Assembly: GCF_006345805.1 (NCBI RefSeq)
Contig: NC_043010.1
Coordinates: 59,024,001-59,088,000, forward strand
Direction of reading: 5' to 3'
Origin: Octopus sinensis
Taxonomy: Eukaryota
Length of the DNA: 64,000 bases
Shown: piece after piece, positions 38,330 through 51,137 of the stretch
Layout of the letters: every line of letters begins with the position of its first letter
Numbering within the stretch: position 1 is the first letter of the stretch
Notes under the pieces: model-generated
Databases searched by the model: none
What the model was told of the DNA's origin: nothing
Seen by the model: only the letters and a program-made list of their open reading frames with translations
Position numbers and translations under genes: made by a program

Positions 38330-39225
38330 TTGGGTCATCCCATAAATAATACGTTTTTCCTTATACTTCTTTTACTTTACAAAATTAAGAGAAACAAAGT
38401 TCTTTTTTAATCTAAAATATACTCTCCTTCATTTTCTACAATGCTCTCCCATCTATCTGCTAGACTTGCAGGGCCTCTCTTCCAAAATTCACTTGTCTGT
38501 GATAAAAAATACTCCTCCAGTTCTGTTCTGACCTTGTCTACAGAATTCATTTTCTTTCTGTCCAAATGATTTTGAGGACTGTGGAATAAATGATAATCAG
38601 ATGGGGCAATATCTGGCGAATATGATGGGTGGGGGCATCGTTTCCCATTTAAACTGCTCCAGCCTTTGGACTGTCATCCTCGCTGCATGTAGCCAAGCAA
38701 TATCTTGATGTAAGGACACCTTTCATCTTGAAACCTAAGATGTTCGTTTTTCTTCTAGCACTGACTTGAATGATTGGTTGAATGACCAAGCTTCTCTGCT
38801 ATTTTCTCAACAGTTACAATGGGATTTTGTTCCACCAGGGTTTGAAGGACCTCCTCATCAAGCTCTACAGATCTGCCAGGACAAGGCTGTAGTTTTTGGC
38901 TTAGAATTTCTGGAACCACCATTGACACTGGCTAATGCTTATTGTCTGATCCCTATATACTCCATTAATATTCCTCACACTTTCCATTGCATTGTTGCCT
39001 TTATTGAACTCATAAAGCAAAATATGCCGAATATGCTCCTTTGTCACTTCCATTAAAGCTTTTGAAAAAATAACTGCACTCTTCAAAACTTGCACAAAGA
39101 ATAAGTACAAAGTAAAATTACTACCTGCTTTTATAGCAACTTGATGCAGGTAGTTTATCCAGTCCCCCTCTGGCTTTTAGTTCATTCAGTTGAAAAAAAA
39201 AAACATTATTTATGGGATAACCCAA
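38330..39225 (-). mobile_element. Internally deleted mariner element
   Basis: TIRs TTGGGTCATCCCATAAATAAT / ATTATTTATGGGATAACCCAA with TA flanks; MEVTKEHIRHILLYEF...WFQKF and HPSYSPDIAPSDYHLF motifs. Confidence 0.9.
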
Positions 39226-39314
39226 TATATATAAATATATAGACACACACACACACACACACACACATACAGAGCAATATTCCTACTGACATCAGAGTAT
39301 TTTTGTTATTTCAG

Positions 39315-39338
39315 TCGATATTGTTGGAGCTAAAACAG
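39315..39338 (+). CDS. Secreted micro-exon peptide gene, exon 3 (24 nt, FDIVGAKT)
   Basis: Branch-like tactgac, tttcag acceptor, CAG|GTGAGT donor; phase 1-1. Confidence 0.78.
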
Positions 39339-40942
39339 GTGAGTGATGGATTTCATCCATTTCCCATTGTTCTGTCAATGCGTTAATTACTTTCATCATC
39401 ATCATCATCAGCATCATTGTCATCATGTAAAAACAAGAGATCAAGAGAGTATATTGCTTATCCAAGCCAAATTCCTGCTTTTGCAACTTGTGTTACACAG
39501 CATGCATATATGTGTGCATGTATATATATATATGTGTGTATGTATATATATTTATATATGTATGTATATTTATATATAACAAGAACGTAACAGATGATAA
39601 CAAAAACATATGGACAGATGGACGATACAAAGATGGACAGTAAAACCAGGAAGAAACATTCATGGCTTTCTATTCATCAGTCAGGCTTCCAGTTATCACT
39701 ACAGTTTCAGCCTGTTACACTTGAGACTGTTCAATATTGGTAGGCCCCAAAAATCCAAGCTAAGGGCATTCAATTTTTGGAAGAAAGTGAGCAAATATGT
39801 GTGACAACACGGACAAAAAAAAAAACAAGAAAACGGAGAAAATATTACACAATTACAATTACAAACAACAAGAATAACAACAGATATCTTTCGACTAAAA
39901 GGACAAGTTAAGTTAAGTTGGCGTGTGAAGTGGAAGCCTTACTGACGCAAGCAAAAGATAAAAGATGGAATTTTAATGGGAAGTTTTAATCTAAATCCCT
40001 TTAAAACAGAGAGTCTGTAGCATAAAAGCAAGGATAGTCTCAAGGAGTTTGGTATTAAAAGAATTTAACCAAAATTGGTTCTATTCCTTAAAAAGAATCT
40101 TGGCACACTTCCAGTTCTCCTTCATTTCATCTTCACTGAGCTGTGTCTTCTCCAATTCACCATTCCTACAATGGATTCTGTTGTCTTAGAAATCATTTTT
40201 CTGGCAATGTTTGTCCATTCCACTCTGTCATGAATTTTCCTGACCCAAATCCACAACCATAACCCCATTGCCTACTGTTTTGTTTCAAGTCCTGCTCAGA
40301 GACATATGATCAAAAGAATGCCAGCCATGACCATTCCATCATTAGATCTAGAAATATCCATGGCCCTACCTATTCCAATGTCTCTCTCAATCACTAGCTG
40401 AGCTACTGTGTAGTTGCTCAAAATGCTAGAAATAGCAGCCACCTCTCCCTCAAATCACACATATCACTACCATTTTAGAAAATGAATCATCAAATGTGAT
40501 CCTGGATTCTTTGCACATAAGAAAAAGATAGGATGGTCACGTTTGGAATGCCTTTGATCATAGGTCTGCTCAAAAATGCATGACAGCTAACTGAAGCCTA
40601 TATATGGCCACTCCACCATCCAGAAATAACAGCCAAATCCCTCTAATATTACACCCTACCATTCTTTAGAGTAGGAAGGAGCCATTGGATGATGTAATAC
40701 TAGGTGAACTATGCCTGAAAAAAGACCGATGGGATGGTCACTGTGGGATTAACTTTGATCAGGACTGACCTGGGGCTAAGCTTTAATAGCAACTAACTGA
40801 ACATGAGCCATATTAACTGAGTTATTATCCTTTATCCCTGTCTGGATTGTTCTGGAACAATTAGGGGGTGGGGGGAGAATCTCCCCCCCCACCACTCATT
40901 AGTTTTCTCATTAGATTAATGAATTCATTGATTACTTTGCAG

Positions 40943-40984
40943 CTGTGTCAAGTGGAGGGTCTGCTGAGAAACGAGCATTCAATG
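40943..40984 (+). CDS. Secreted micro-exon peptide gene, exon 4 (42 nt, AVSSGGSAEKRAFN)
   Basis: tttgcag acceptor, ATG|GTAAGT donor; phase 1-1; carries the KR site. Confidence 0.78.
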
Positions 40985-40999
40985 GTAAGTAGACACTAC

Positions 41000-41026
41000 T
41001 AATACTACTACTTCTACTACTACTAT

Positions 41027-41077
<51 letters not shown>

Positions 41078-41180
41078 CACTACCACCACCACCACCACCA
41101 CCACCACCACTACTGCTGCTGCTGCGGCCACCACCACTATCACCCATACTACTACTACCGCCACCACCACCACCACCACC
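41000..41180. repeat. Compound trinucleotide repeat (CTA)n(CCA)n
   Basis: Visible directly in the sequence. Confidence 0.9.
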
Positions 41181-42149
41181 ATTTGTACCTGGCCCTTCTC
41201 AGTTGACAGCATCATATGCCTTTGAAAGGTTGACAAAGACTAAAATGCTGCTCTCATCAATTCTCCTGCAGTTGGCAGGTAGCAATCACTATGACAACTG
41301 TCTCACAACCTTCTCTAAGGCCACACTGCTTCTGAGACAAGAGTCTTAGTTCCTTGTGTACAGTATTATGGGTCAACAAATGAAGATCTTTCTAGCAGAC
41401 AACAGCAGAGATATAACCCCTCAGGGGTTGCCACAGCAATGAAAATCCTCTTTTCTTGTAAAGGTGGACGATTAGGCCATCCCTGAACTCTAGTGAGATG
41501 ACTTCCTGGTACCACACTGAGTGGAAGAGTTAGGAAATATTTAAATCAAAGACCTCCAATCAAGTATATCTCAGCTGTAAGATGTCATATCCTGGGACCT
41601 TGGCACTTGATAGGGCTCCTGTTGCCTTTCTGAACTCATCACCAGTAGAAAGGTCAGAAGATGAATTGTTGGCCCCTGGTTGCAAGAAACAAGATATTGC
41701 AGCTCCATTGACACTGGCAGGACAGTTCAGCACACAGTAGAGATACTCAATCATCTATCAACAGTGCTAATCTGTTGGTGCTTAGTGGCAGAAATGATGG
41801 GGCATATGGGATGCAGACAGTCCCCAATGATAGAAAGGTGAGATGGAGGAGACTTGATATCTGTGGACCAGAGTTTAAAGTATGAATGAAGAATGACACC
41901 TTGCCAGTCGATGAGGTGGCCATATTTTCAATGGTGACTTGATATTTTCATTATAGCAGCAACAGTAATTCTGTGGGAGTTTCCTTAAAGCTCTGTTGAG
42001 GATTGTTGAGGGCTGAGCTATTTTCTGGCTCTACTTTCAATCCTTCTAGTTTTTGGTAATGTCAATATCAAGTGTTGTAAACGTTGTTATTGTTGTTGTT
42101 GTTATTGTTGTTGTTGTTCAACTTCTGTTCAACTCTGATCAGGCAGACT

Positions 42150-42428
42150 TACAAGGGGGTACCCAAAAGTAACCAGAAATGTTCTCTGTGGCGCAAACCC
42201 ATTGTAGTTCCTTGCTCTCTGCAAGATGTAGAAAGTTGACAACTGAGGCATTAAAAGGCATCCCTTCACAAGAGTTCCAGGACTGCTTCGAACAGTGGAA
42301 AAAGCGTCTGGACCAATGCATGGCTTCAAATGGAGAATACTCTGAAGGCAATGAAAGTGTTGACATGTAAAAATATGTGAATAAAATGATATTACTAAAT
42401 TCCAGTTTCTTTTGGGTACCCCCTCGGT
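42150..42428 (+). mobile_element. Short mariner deletion derivative
   Basis: TIR core GGGGGTACCCAAAAG / CTTTTGGGTACCCCC; FQDCFEQWKKRLDQCMASNGEY matches the mariner C-terminus. Confidence 0.8.
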
Positions 42429-42617
42429 TAAGCAAAATTATCTCACTTGTTCCAGCCTGGACCATCTCACTTTGTTTTATGTGTCCTTCCTTCTATTAAA
42501 GTGTCATTTGTAGAAGATTTAGCTATCATTTCTAGCCTGTCGAGTGACTGCTGTTGTTGTTGTTGTTGTTGTCACAACTGATGTTATCCTTCTAACAATG
42601 GCCCTTATCTCTTCCAG

Positions 42618-42688
42618 GAGGTCCATCCGAGGGAGGCAGTGGTAACGATTTAAAAGCTTTGGAGATGAAAGAGATGGAACTGAATTAA
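42618..42688 (+). CDS. Secreted micro-exon peptide gene, exon 5 (GGPSEGGSGNDLKALEMKEMELN*)
   Basis: Branch-like ttctaac and ctcttccag acceptor; in frame to TAA; AATAAA at 42925 and 42947. Confidence 0.78.
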
Positions 42689-42924
42689 CTGGCACCATTA
42701 TTCTTGTTGTTCCTATCGCTATGAAGAAATGTTCAAGGAAACATGAAAATCCTGCAGACTTTCAGCCAAACATTTAAGAAACTTCCTCTAATATTCCTTC
42801 CCAGTTCTTGCAGTAATCTGGAAGATTCCAGATGTTGTCTACCTGGAAACTTTTAAACTTAATTTCCATGAAAATTCCATTTGTTGATGGCGGAACATTC
42901 TGGATGTTTCCAGTTTGATGTTGA

Positions 42925-42952
42925 AATAAAAAGAACAACCTTCATCAATAAA
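42925..42952 (+). terminator. Polyadenylation signals of the micro-exon gene
   Basis: Two AATAAA about 240-260 nt after the stop, followed by a T/GT-rich stretch. Confidence 0.6.
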
Positions 42953-45010
42953 ATCTAAATTCTAATGTCTCCATGTTTTACTCTTTATTTGTCTTATCGT
43001 ATACCATTACAGAAATACATGTGGACCATGTAGACAATATCATAACACTGCTTTAGAGATATACATGTGGACAATGTTATAACTTTGTAAAGATACATGT
43101 GGCCATGTAGCCAAAAATCTATTTTATCTTGTAACCAATAGTATACCACAGTAACAACACATGTAGCCATGTTACCATGTGGCCAACCTAAGCAAAAGAA
43201 CATGTAGGAAGGATAAGTGAGTTAGTTTGTTTATAAATGAATGGAAACTGAATGAGTAAATAAGAGTTAATAGACTTAATTTAAGAAATCAAGGGATTTC
43301 AAATATCAGCCACTTAGGTACTCTAGAACACACACACACACACATGTGCACAAACAGACTCACACACACAAACACACACATACACACACATGAACATGCA
43401 CACACACACACGCACACATACAGACACACAAACACATACAAGTGAAAATTACTGTCATAGAAGCAATGTTCAAATTGAGTCTTCCATCCAAAATATGTCT
43501 GGCTGAGAGGAAATAATTCCATGCTCAGAAACGGGTGACAAGCAGGGCATCTGGCCATAGAAAGTCTTCTTCAACAAATTCCATTAACATAATGGTACAA
43601 TGTTTGACAGTCCGATGTCAGAATGCTAATGTAGCTTAGGTTAGGAATAAATAACAGGAGTCACATGTTTACATTTTTCTAAGCCATTAATGCTTCATTT
43701 AAACAGTTGCAGGGAGAAGATTCCAGTGGGATGATGTTCTGAGGAGGAAGGAATGGACATGGTTGTTAGTGTGAGGCCAAGGTTGGACACAACATGAATG
43801 ATGATTGATGAGAAACAAGTGGGTTGGGGGTGCCTGACGGGAGGAGGTTCAAGACCAGCCATCTTCAAGACACTGAGGTCATGGTTTTAACAATATAAAA
43901 GACAGGGAGGGAGAGAGCGGAGATGGAGGCTGGAGCAGGGTTTTGACCGATTTTAAGCCCATCATTTATTTTGAGTCTTGGTGTAAAATTACATTTACAA
44001 ATGCCATTTCAATAGCCCACAAATGATGCCAGATCCTTTGTAGTTCAGCATGGTTATATATTTTATGTACTATTCTAAAACAAATTTGCACGAGCTGCAC
44101 ATGGAGAAATATCAGTGTATTCACACAAACTGCATTTTGTTTGATATGTAGAAAAGGCAGCTTTTGAGAAGTTTTGGTTGATTAGAACACCACGTCAAAA
44201 ACCAATCAACAAGATTTTATAAATTTTGATTTTTTTTATTTTCATTGTAAAAAAAAATAAATTTTTTCTTAATAATCTGAAAATGCTAATTATTCTTATG
44301 TTTGCTTTGACAAGAAAAGCTTTATCTGAACATTAAAAATAACCTTGCCTTTTTGTCATACAGAATATTCAGCTCAATTTTAAAGATTATTTCCCCAAAA
44401 TGAAAGTACATTAGAATGATTTCATCCGAATGTACTCTTACTTAGATATAAAGGTGTGAAGTCTAGACTCCAATCAGAAACAATTAATCAAAGAATTTAT
44501 AGGATAATGGTAAGTTCACTTGATAAAAGGAGGGTAAAGTCTAAAATTGATGATGATTTTATTTTAGTCCCAGGTCAGCCGTAATTGAGTGGGTTAAACG
44601 TTCATGGATGACCTCATCTTTTTCTTCTTTGTATTTCCTTATCCAATGTGTCGTTCTTTCTCAAGAGGTCAGGTGTAGTTTGACTGAAATTTGGATGCTC
44701 GTTCTAGCAGGCTGAACAACTGCTTAGAGACTCTGTTGTTGGTTTGGGTCAAAATTAAGAGCAATACGAAGGTCATTGCTAACCTGGTCCACTCTCTGTT
44801 GAAGGGCAAGAGTCTGTTAAACTTTTTACATCTTCATGGCCATTAAGCTCACAGATATTCCAAAGAACTCTCCTAAAACAAGATGTCCAGAAGCTATGAA
44901 CAACATGGCTACCTTCTTACATTCACTCTTTCTACATTGCTTTTGTTTCTAATATTTTCCATATTCTCTTCAATGTTAACTTTCATATTACATTAAAATA
45001 AGGTAACTCT

Positions 45011-45640
45011 TTATATTAACACCCGTGCGATTTTCACTAAGAAAAAAAACTCGGATTTTTTGCTTGGAATCAAGTATCCTGACCTCCTAATCCCGGAATC
45101 ATTGGAGATTTTTGTTTTTCATTGAATGAATTCTTGTGACCACCTAATATGCTACAGAACCCTTTTTGGGGTCCGAAAAACAGGGTGGGGTGAGGTGGAA
45201 GCCTCGGAAATTTCACACCCACCCCATCGATCTTTTCACCAAGGAAAATTAAATAAATAAATAAAAATCGTGCCCAAACTAATTTTTGTGTGTATGGGAG
45301 GGGGGGGGAAGATGAACGAGGATCTAAAATAAATATATCTTTGTTGTGTGAGAAAGTATATATATATTGATGATAAAGTATTGTATCTTTCAAAATCATC
45401 CTAAATTTATAGACTCTATCTTGTGTGTTTAAGAAAAAAAAAACATTTTACAGAAATAAATTTTCCAGAGTGTGAATTACATGGTTCGTTATTAAATATA
45501 TGCCCCCTTCGCCACTATTCCTTTTTCCGAACCCAAATAAGGGATTTGCAGCATATTAGGAGGTCAGGGTACTTGATTCCACGCAAAAAATCCGAGTTTT
45601 TTTTTCTTTTTTAGTGAAAATCGTGCGGATGTTAATATAA
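45011..45640. mobile_element. MITE with about 80-bp terminal inverted repeats
   Basis: 45011-45090 is the reverse complement of 45555-45640; TA-rich flanks. Confidence 0.8.
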
Positions 45641-48037
45641 ACATTTACTTAAAATAATGTTTCTTTAAAACTTTCCCTCGAAAAAAAAAATGCGATTTAA
45701 AATCGAGAAGCAAAAACGAAAAGACAACAGTTTCTGGTCAATCCCCGAATAATATCGTTCATCTATTTTATGGACTTTAAATCGGATTTCGAGCAGAGGC
45801 GAAGGGACGTAGCTAAATACCGAAAGTTCCTCTGTCACTAATTCTATCATTGTCCATTATCCTAAGTGATATGAATTTACTAAACATAACAGGAATCAAA
45901 GAGGCGAAGCTGAAATGGTTCGGGCTGAAGTCTCCAAGAATTCAAATTTCTCCACGAGTATTATGTTCTTAATATAATAACGGATACCTTTCACAACAGC
46001 TACAAATAAAAAGAGAGAAAATTATAACCCAGGGCGTAATCTTAAGACCATCAATGGCTGTCGTGTCTTGTGATCAAGATTAGAGAAATAAAAAGGAACA
46101 ATGCGAATGGAATACAATCTACAATTGACTTTCGGTGCAGAATGGTGTTAGAATAATCGTTATTTTCGAATATGAGTGGATAACAAGAACGTCACGAGAA
46201 AACGTCGGATGCCCCGTCATTTATTTTAGTTCCCTCATCGAAGGAAAAGGTTATTAGAATTTTGCGGTATTCTCAGTAATTGTTAATAATTAGTATGAAA
46301 TGAAAATGTAAAGTATATTGAATGCCAAAGATTAAAAGTTAAAAAATAATGATTAGGCACCGCGATAGTCAAACCGATATTTCTGAGTTGTATGAAAGTT
46401 CGCTATATTCCAGTGAATGAACATTAATTTTATTGCCAAAACCGAAAGTATTTAATAATCATAGAAAGAAAAAATGATAGGACGCCATGGTGTTCAACAT
46501 TGCAACTTAAAATGATTTAATGGCTTAAACGGATCAAAAGCCCTTCCCAAGCAATATAGACTCAGAAGGCCGGTTTTTCCGGATTCTGAGATGCGTATAT
46601 TCCCCATGGATAGGACGCCGGTCCGTCGCAGGATGACTCATTTTTGCCATTTGGGCAGCCTGGCACAATGTGAAATGAAGCGTTTTGCTCAAGAACACAC
46701 ACATCGCCGGTCCAGGAATCGAAACCATAATCTTACAATCACGAATGAAATACCCTAATCATTAAGCCACGCCTCTCGGCCGCGGCTAAGATGAGAAGTG
46801 ACAAAGATAAGTGACAAAGAAAAATAATTTGTCATATAATCTCAGGTTACACCGGGTCCTCGGCTGCAGGTAATACGAATCTCAACCGACACCGGTTACC
46901 GGCTTATCTATCTTGTTGTTAAGACACAAAATCCATTTGGGACCCATGTGTTTTGATCCCTGCTCTGCATTTCCACCTCTGCACAAAGCAGTGTCTGCTT
47001 CAAACTGCGGAACCAATGCATCCCATTCGGTTCCACTGTGATAATCACAAGGACGACATGATTATAAGAAAGTTCTTTCCTCTCTGAATGTGAAACACTT
47101 TGCCTCTCAAATAATTAATTGTAAGTTTTATTTAAACTTTAAAACAATGCATCTATATTCTATATAGCTGTTTATCCGTTTGCCAGCCGAAATTAAGCAA
47201 ATGATAAAAGCGTTCAAGCCATGGCCATCCCGTCTTTTATTTCTGTGATATTTTATAATTACATTATCAAATGTTCTTTTCCTTTTTTAAGACAATAATT
47301 TGAAGGAAAATTGGTTGCCTTTTATAAGGGATTTCAAAGATCCTTGATTGGATGGCGCTCTGACTGTAAAGAATTGTTTATTTTGTAATAACTATACATT
47401 GACATAATCGATCTTTTACCAACCGCAAAAAGTGTTGAATTTTGGCGGCTATAAAAATGTTCGCCTTTCATTGGTTTACTCCAAGTAAACCAATAGATGT
47501 CTATCTCACAAAAGTAAACAATAACCAAAAGGAAACCAGTCATTATACTATCAAAATAGGGGTCCGACCACTCCATTCACGCCAGTATAAACTGGTTTAC
47601 TCTTCAATAATTTGTCTCATTTTTTGAGAGTTATTTTTTATGCCTATCAATTAAATTTATTCACCTTTTTTCTTTCTAAAAAGAAGTATTTTAAGATGTT
47701 TCCTTCGTATAACTGTTGTAGTGTTTTAACGCTAGTTTGAAAAAGGTCATTGAAACCGTTCATTTAAAAAGTTCATTGAACAATATTGAACAATATTAAC
47801 AGCTTCAGCAACCTGATTTCTCTCAATCTTTCATGGAAGGTACTAACAGCAGAACCACATGGTGTAAAGTCTTTGAGTTAGATCTATCATTGCGCCTTTA
47901 GTTGTTGGTGCGTGTATATAGGATATTTTGAAGTTAGCAGATTCAGTCTAGAATCTAAGATCTCGTTTTCACTATACTAAAATAGCTAATAATGAATTAC
48001 TTTGAGAATACTTCATCACATCCTTCAGATCAAGATA

Positions 48038-48292
48038 TATTCTCTGCTGCGTAAAGAAAAATCCAATCTCCCATTTCTCATCACCAGTTATGGCTTCATT
48101 TCAGCGACCATGTCATTGGACAGAGAGAAACAAGATGTGTATAAGTTTGAGGTTTTTGTCAAAGACAATGGAAGCCCATCTCTGAATGACACAGCGAATG
48201 TTGTTGTGGAGATTCTAGATCAAAATGACAATGCTCCGTATTTTACATATCCTAGTAGTGACCCTTACACGCTAAATGTGCAGTACCATCCA
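48038..48292 (+). pseudogene. Protocadherin ectodomain fragment (second part of one EC repeat into the next)
   Basis: YSLL...LDREKQDVYKFEVFVKDNGSPSLNDTANVVVEILDQNDNAPYF: LDRE, DxGxPxL and DxNDNxPxF cadherin motifs; isolated and truncated. Confidence 0.85.
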
Positions 48293-48626
48293 GTACCCTT
48301 TTCATAAAAAAAAAAGCATAATCGTTTTGACAAATACTTGTATACAGAAATAAATGTTACGTTTGTCATGTATTTAAACCTATTTATAATAATTTCTTTT
48401 GGCCTTCCCAGACTTGCCAGACAGAACCGAAAGAACATGCATGAAATAACAGTTAAATTATATCCTTCTTCAAAAGACACCTTTCCATAAAATAACGAGT
48501 ATTTTTAATTACTTTTGATAAATGTAATTAAAAAACGTGTATTTTTATTGTTTTTTTTTCCTTCTTCTAATCGTCATTTAGGATTCAGCACATTTCACAA
48601 ATTAATCTGTGTTTAGAAAATGAAGA

Positions 48627-48780
48627 TAACTGATGTGACTAAATCAGGAAATATAACAAGTCTACTGTATATGGATTTGTTTGAGACAAAGTCACTGCAC
48701 CTGGTTATGTGACCGTGAGAAAAGAGCACCCTGTAATTATTTAACTCTGATCCTTTTGTCAGTTCTGGTGTCTTAATTCC
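48627..48780. repeat. About 155-bp local duplication, copy 1 (copy 2 at 51376-51532)
   Basis: Co-linear direct similarity seen by eye. Confidence 0.85.
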
Positions 48781-49456
48781 AGAATGTTACACCAGTTCTG
48801 AAATTTTTCAAGGAAATCATTATAGATTATAAACATTTTGTACATATTTTAGGACTGACTGATATTCATGATTATAGGAAAATGTTTCAAATTTATTTGA
48901 CAATAACAAGTATTGCAGTAACAGCTCCATATTAAAATATCTTCTCTATTCTTCATCATTACCACTGCTGGTTTAATCCTGTTCCATCAGTAAACCGGCT
49001 GCTGCTGCTGCTGCTAAACAAACTCCCTGTCCATTCTGTCTGGAACTTACAACTTTCTGAAAACTGATCCAACCATTTCATTTCCAAATTTGCATTGTCT
49101 ACTTCAGCTTGAATCGTAAACTTCTGTTTTTTTATTCCCCCTCATCACCCATTCCTATTACTTATCAATAAACTTGTCTCCATTGCTGTTAGTATCCAAT
49201 CACTGTTTTACTGCTTCTTCTGCAATGAACCTTACATCTATCCGTGCACTTCATGTAACACAAACTTCACATAATTTTGCTGTGGGTCTTTTACATACAG
49301 TAGTCTTGAACTATTATTGTTAGTGAAACATACACTGCTTTGGACCCTGGGCCTCACTGAAGAAAGACAGCCAGGAGGTGTGGTGCTTTGCTGTACTTGA
49401 GAAAACGTGCCAAGTAAAATCATTGTCAGCCATACGTAAAAGCGTCTCTTTTACAG

Positions 49457-50420
49457 GTGCCACATTAAATGCACTTGTGCCAGTGCCACATTAAATGCAC
49501 TTGTGTCGGTGCCACATTGAATGCACTTGTGTCGGTGCCACATTGAATGCACTTGTGTCGGTGCCACATTGAATGCACTTGTGTCGGTGCCACATTGAAT
49601 GCACTTGTGCCGGTGCCACATTAAATGCACTTGTACCGGTGTCACATTAAATGCACTTGTGCCGGTGCCACATTAAATGCACTTGTACCGGTGTCACATT
49701 AAATGCACTTGTGCTGGTGCCACATTAAATGCACTTGTGCCGGTGCCACATTAAATGCACTTGTACCGATGTCACATTAAATGCACTTGTGCCAGTGCCG
49801 CATTAAATGCACTTGTGCCAGTGCCACATTAAATGCACTTGTGCCGGTGCCACATTAAATGCACTTGTACCGGTGTCACATTAAATGCACTTGTGCCAGT
49901 GCCACATTAAATGCACTTGTGCCGGTGCCACATTAAATGCACTTGTACCGGTGCCACATTAAATGCACTTGTACCGGTGTCACATTAAATGCACTTGTGC
50001 TGGTGCCACATTAAATGCACTTGTGCCGGTGCCACATTAAATGCACTTGTACCGGTGTCACATTAAATGCACTTGTGCCAGTGCCGCATTAAATGCACTT
50101 GTGCCAGTGCCACATTAAATGCACTTGTACCGGTGTCACATTAAATGCACTTGTACCGGTGTCACATTAAATGCACTTGTGCTGGTGCCACATTAAATGC
50201 ACTTGTGCCAGTGCCACATTAAATGCACTTGTACCGGTGTCACATTAAATGCACTTGTGCCAGTGCCGCATTAAATGCACTTGTGCCAGTGCCACATTAA
50301 ATGCACTTGTACCGGTGTCACATTAAATGCACTTGTGCCGGTGCCACATTAAATGCACTTGTACCGGTGTCACATTAAATGCACTTGTGCCAGTGCCACA
50401 TTGAATGCACTTGTGCCTGT
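49457..50420. repeat. 26-bp minisatellite (GTGCCACATTAAATGCACTTGTGCCR), about 37 copies, inside a LINE 3' UTR remnant
   Basis: Tandem units flanked by LINE-tail sequence. Confidence 0.95.
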
Positions 50421-50764
50421 GCTGCGTAAATGCACCCATGCTGGTGGCACGTTGAAAGCACCCAGTGCAATCTGTAAAGTGGTTGGCATTAGGAAGGGCA
50501 TCCAGCTGTAGAAACCATGTCACAATATCTCCCCAGCTGGCCAGCACGGAAAACGAACGTCAGATGAGGATGATAATGAAAGGCCCAGTGGCTGGCAATA
50601 GAAATTAATATTAACACAATATGAGAGGACTCTGCTATCTGTCGTCTCCAAGGACGTGTTAGGGAGCTATTATGAAGCCACACTCCTTTATTTTGGCCTC
50701 CACTGTTTGGACATCCATTCAGCCAAAGAGTCTGGGGTTCTGCATGTTGCTTGACATATTACTC

Positions 50765-51137
50765 GTTTACTTGTTTCAGTCATTTGACTGTGGCCATGCT
50801 GGAGCACCGCCTTTAGTCAAGCAAATCGACCCCAGGACTTATTCTTTGTTAGCTAAGTACTTATTCTATCTGTCTCTTTTGCCGAACCACTAAGTTACTG
50901 GGACATTAACACACCAGCATCAGTTGTCAAGCAATGTTGGGGGGACAAACACAGACACACACATACATATATATGATGGGCTTCTTTCAGTTTCCGTCTA
51001 CCAAATCCACTCACAAAGCTTTGGTCGGCCCAAGGCTATAGTAGAAGACACTTGCCCAAGGTGCCAGGCAGTGGGACAGAACCCGGAACCATGTAGTTCG
51101 TAAGCAAGCTACTTACCACACAGCCACTCCTGCGCCT
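50765..51137 (-). mobile_element. tRNA-derived SINE, apparently full length
   Basis: Reverse complement of the 18289 family. Confidence 0.85.

Noticed and set aside
41260-41284. Additional micro-exon candidate (ctgcag TTGGCAG gtagca) in intron 4 of the peptide gene
   Set aside because: 7 nt, frame-breaking, weak donor.
49457-50420. 26-bp array as CRISPR or a coding repeat
   Set aside because: No spacers; unit length is not a multiple of 3; derived from a LINE UTR.
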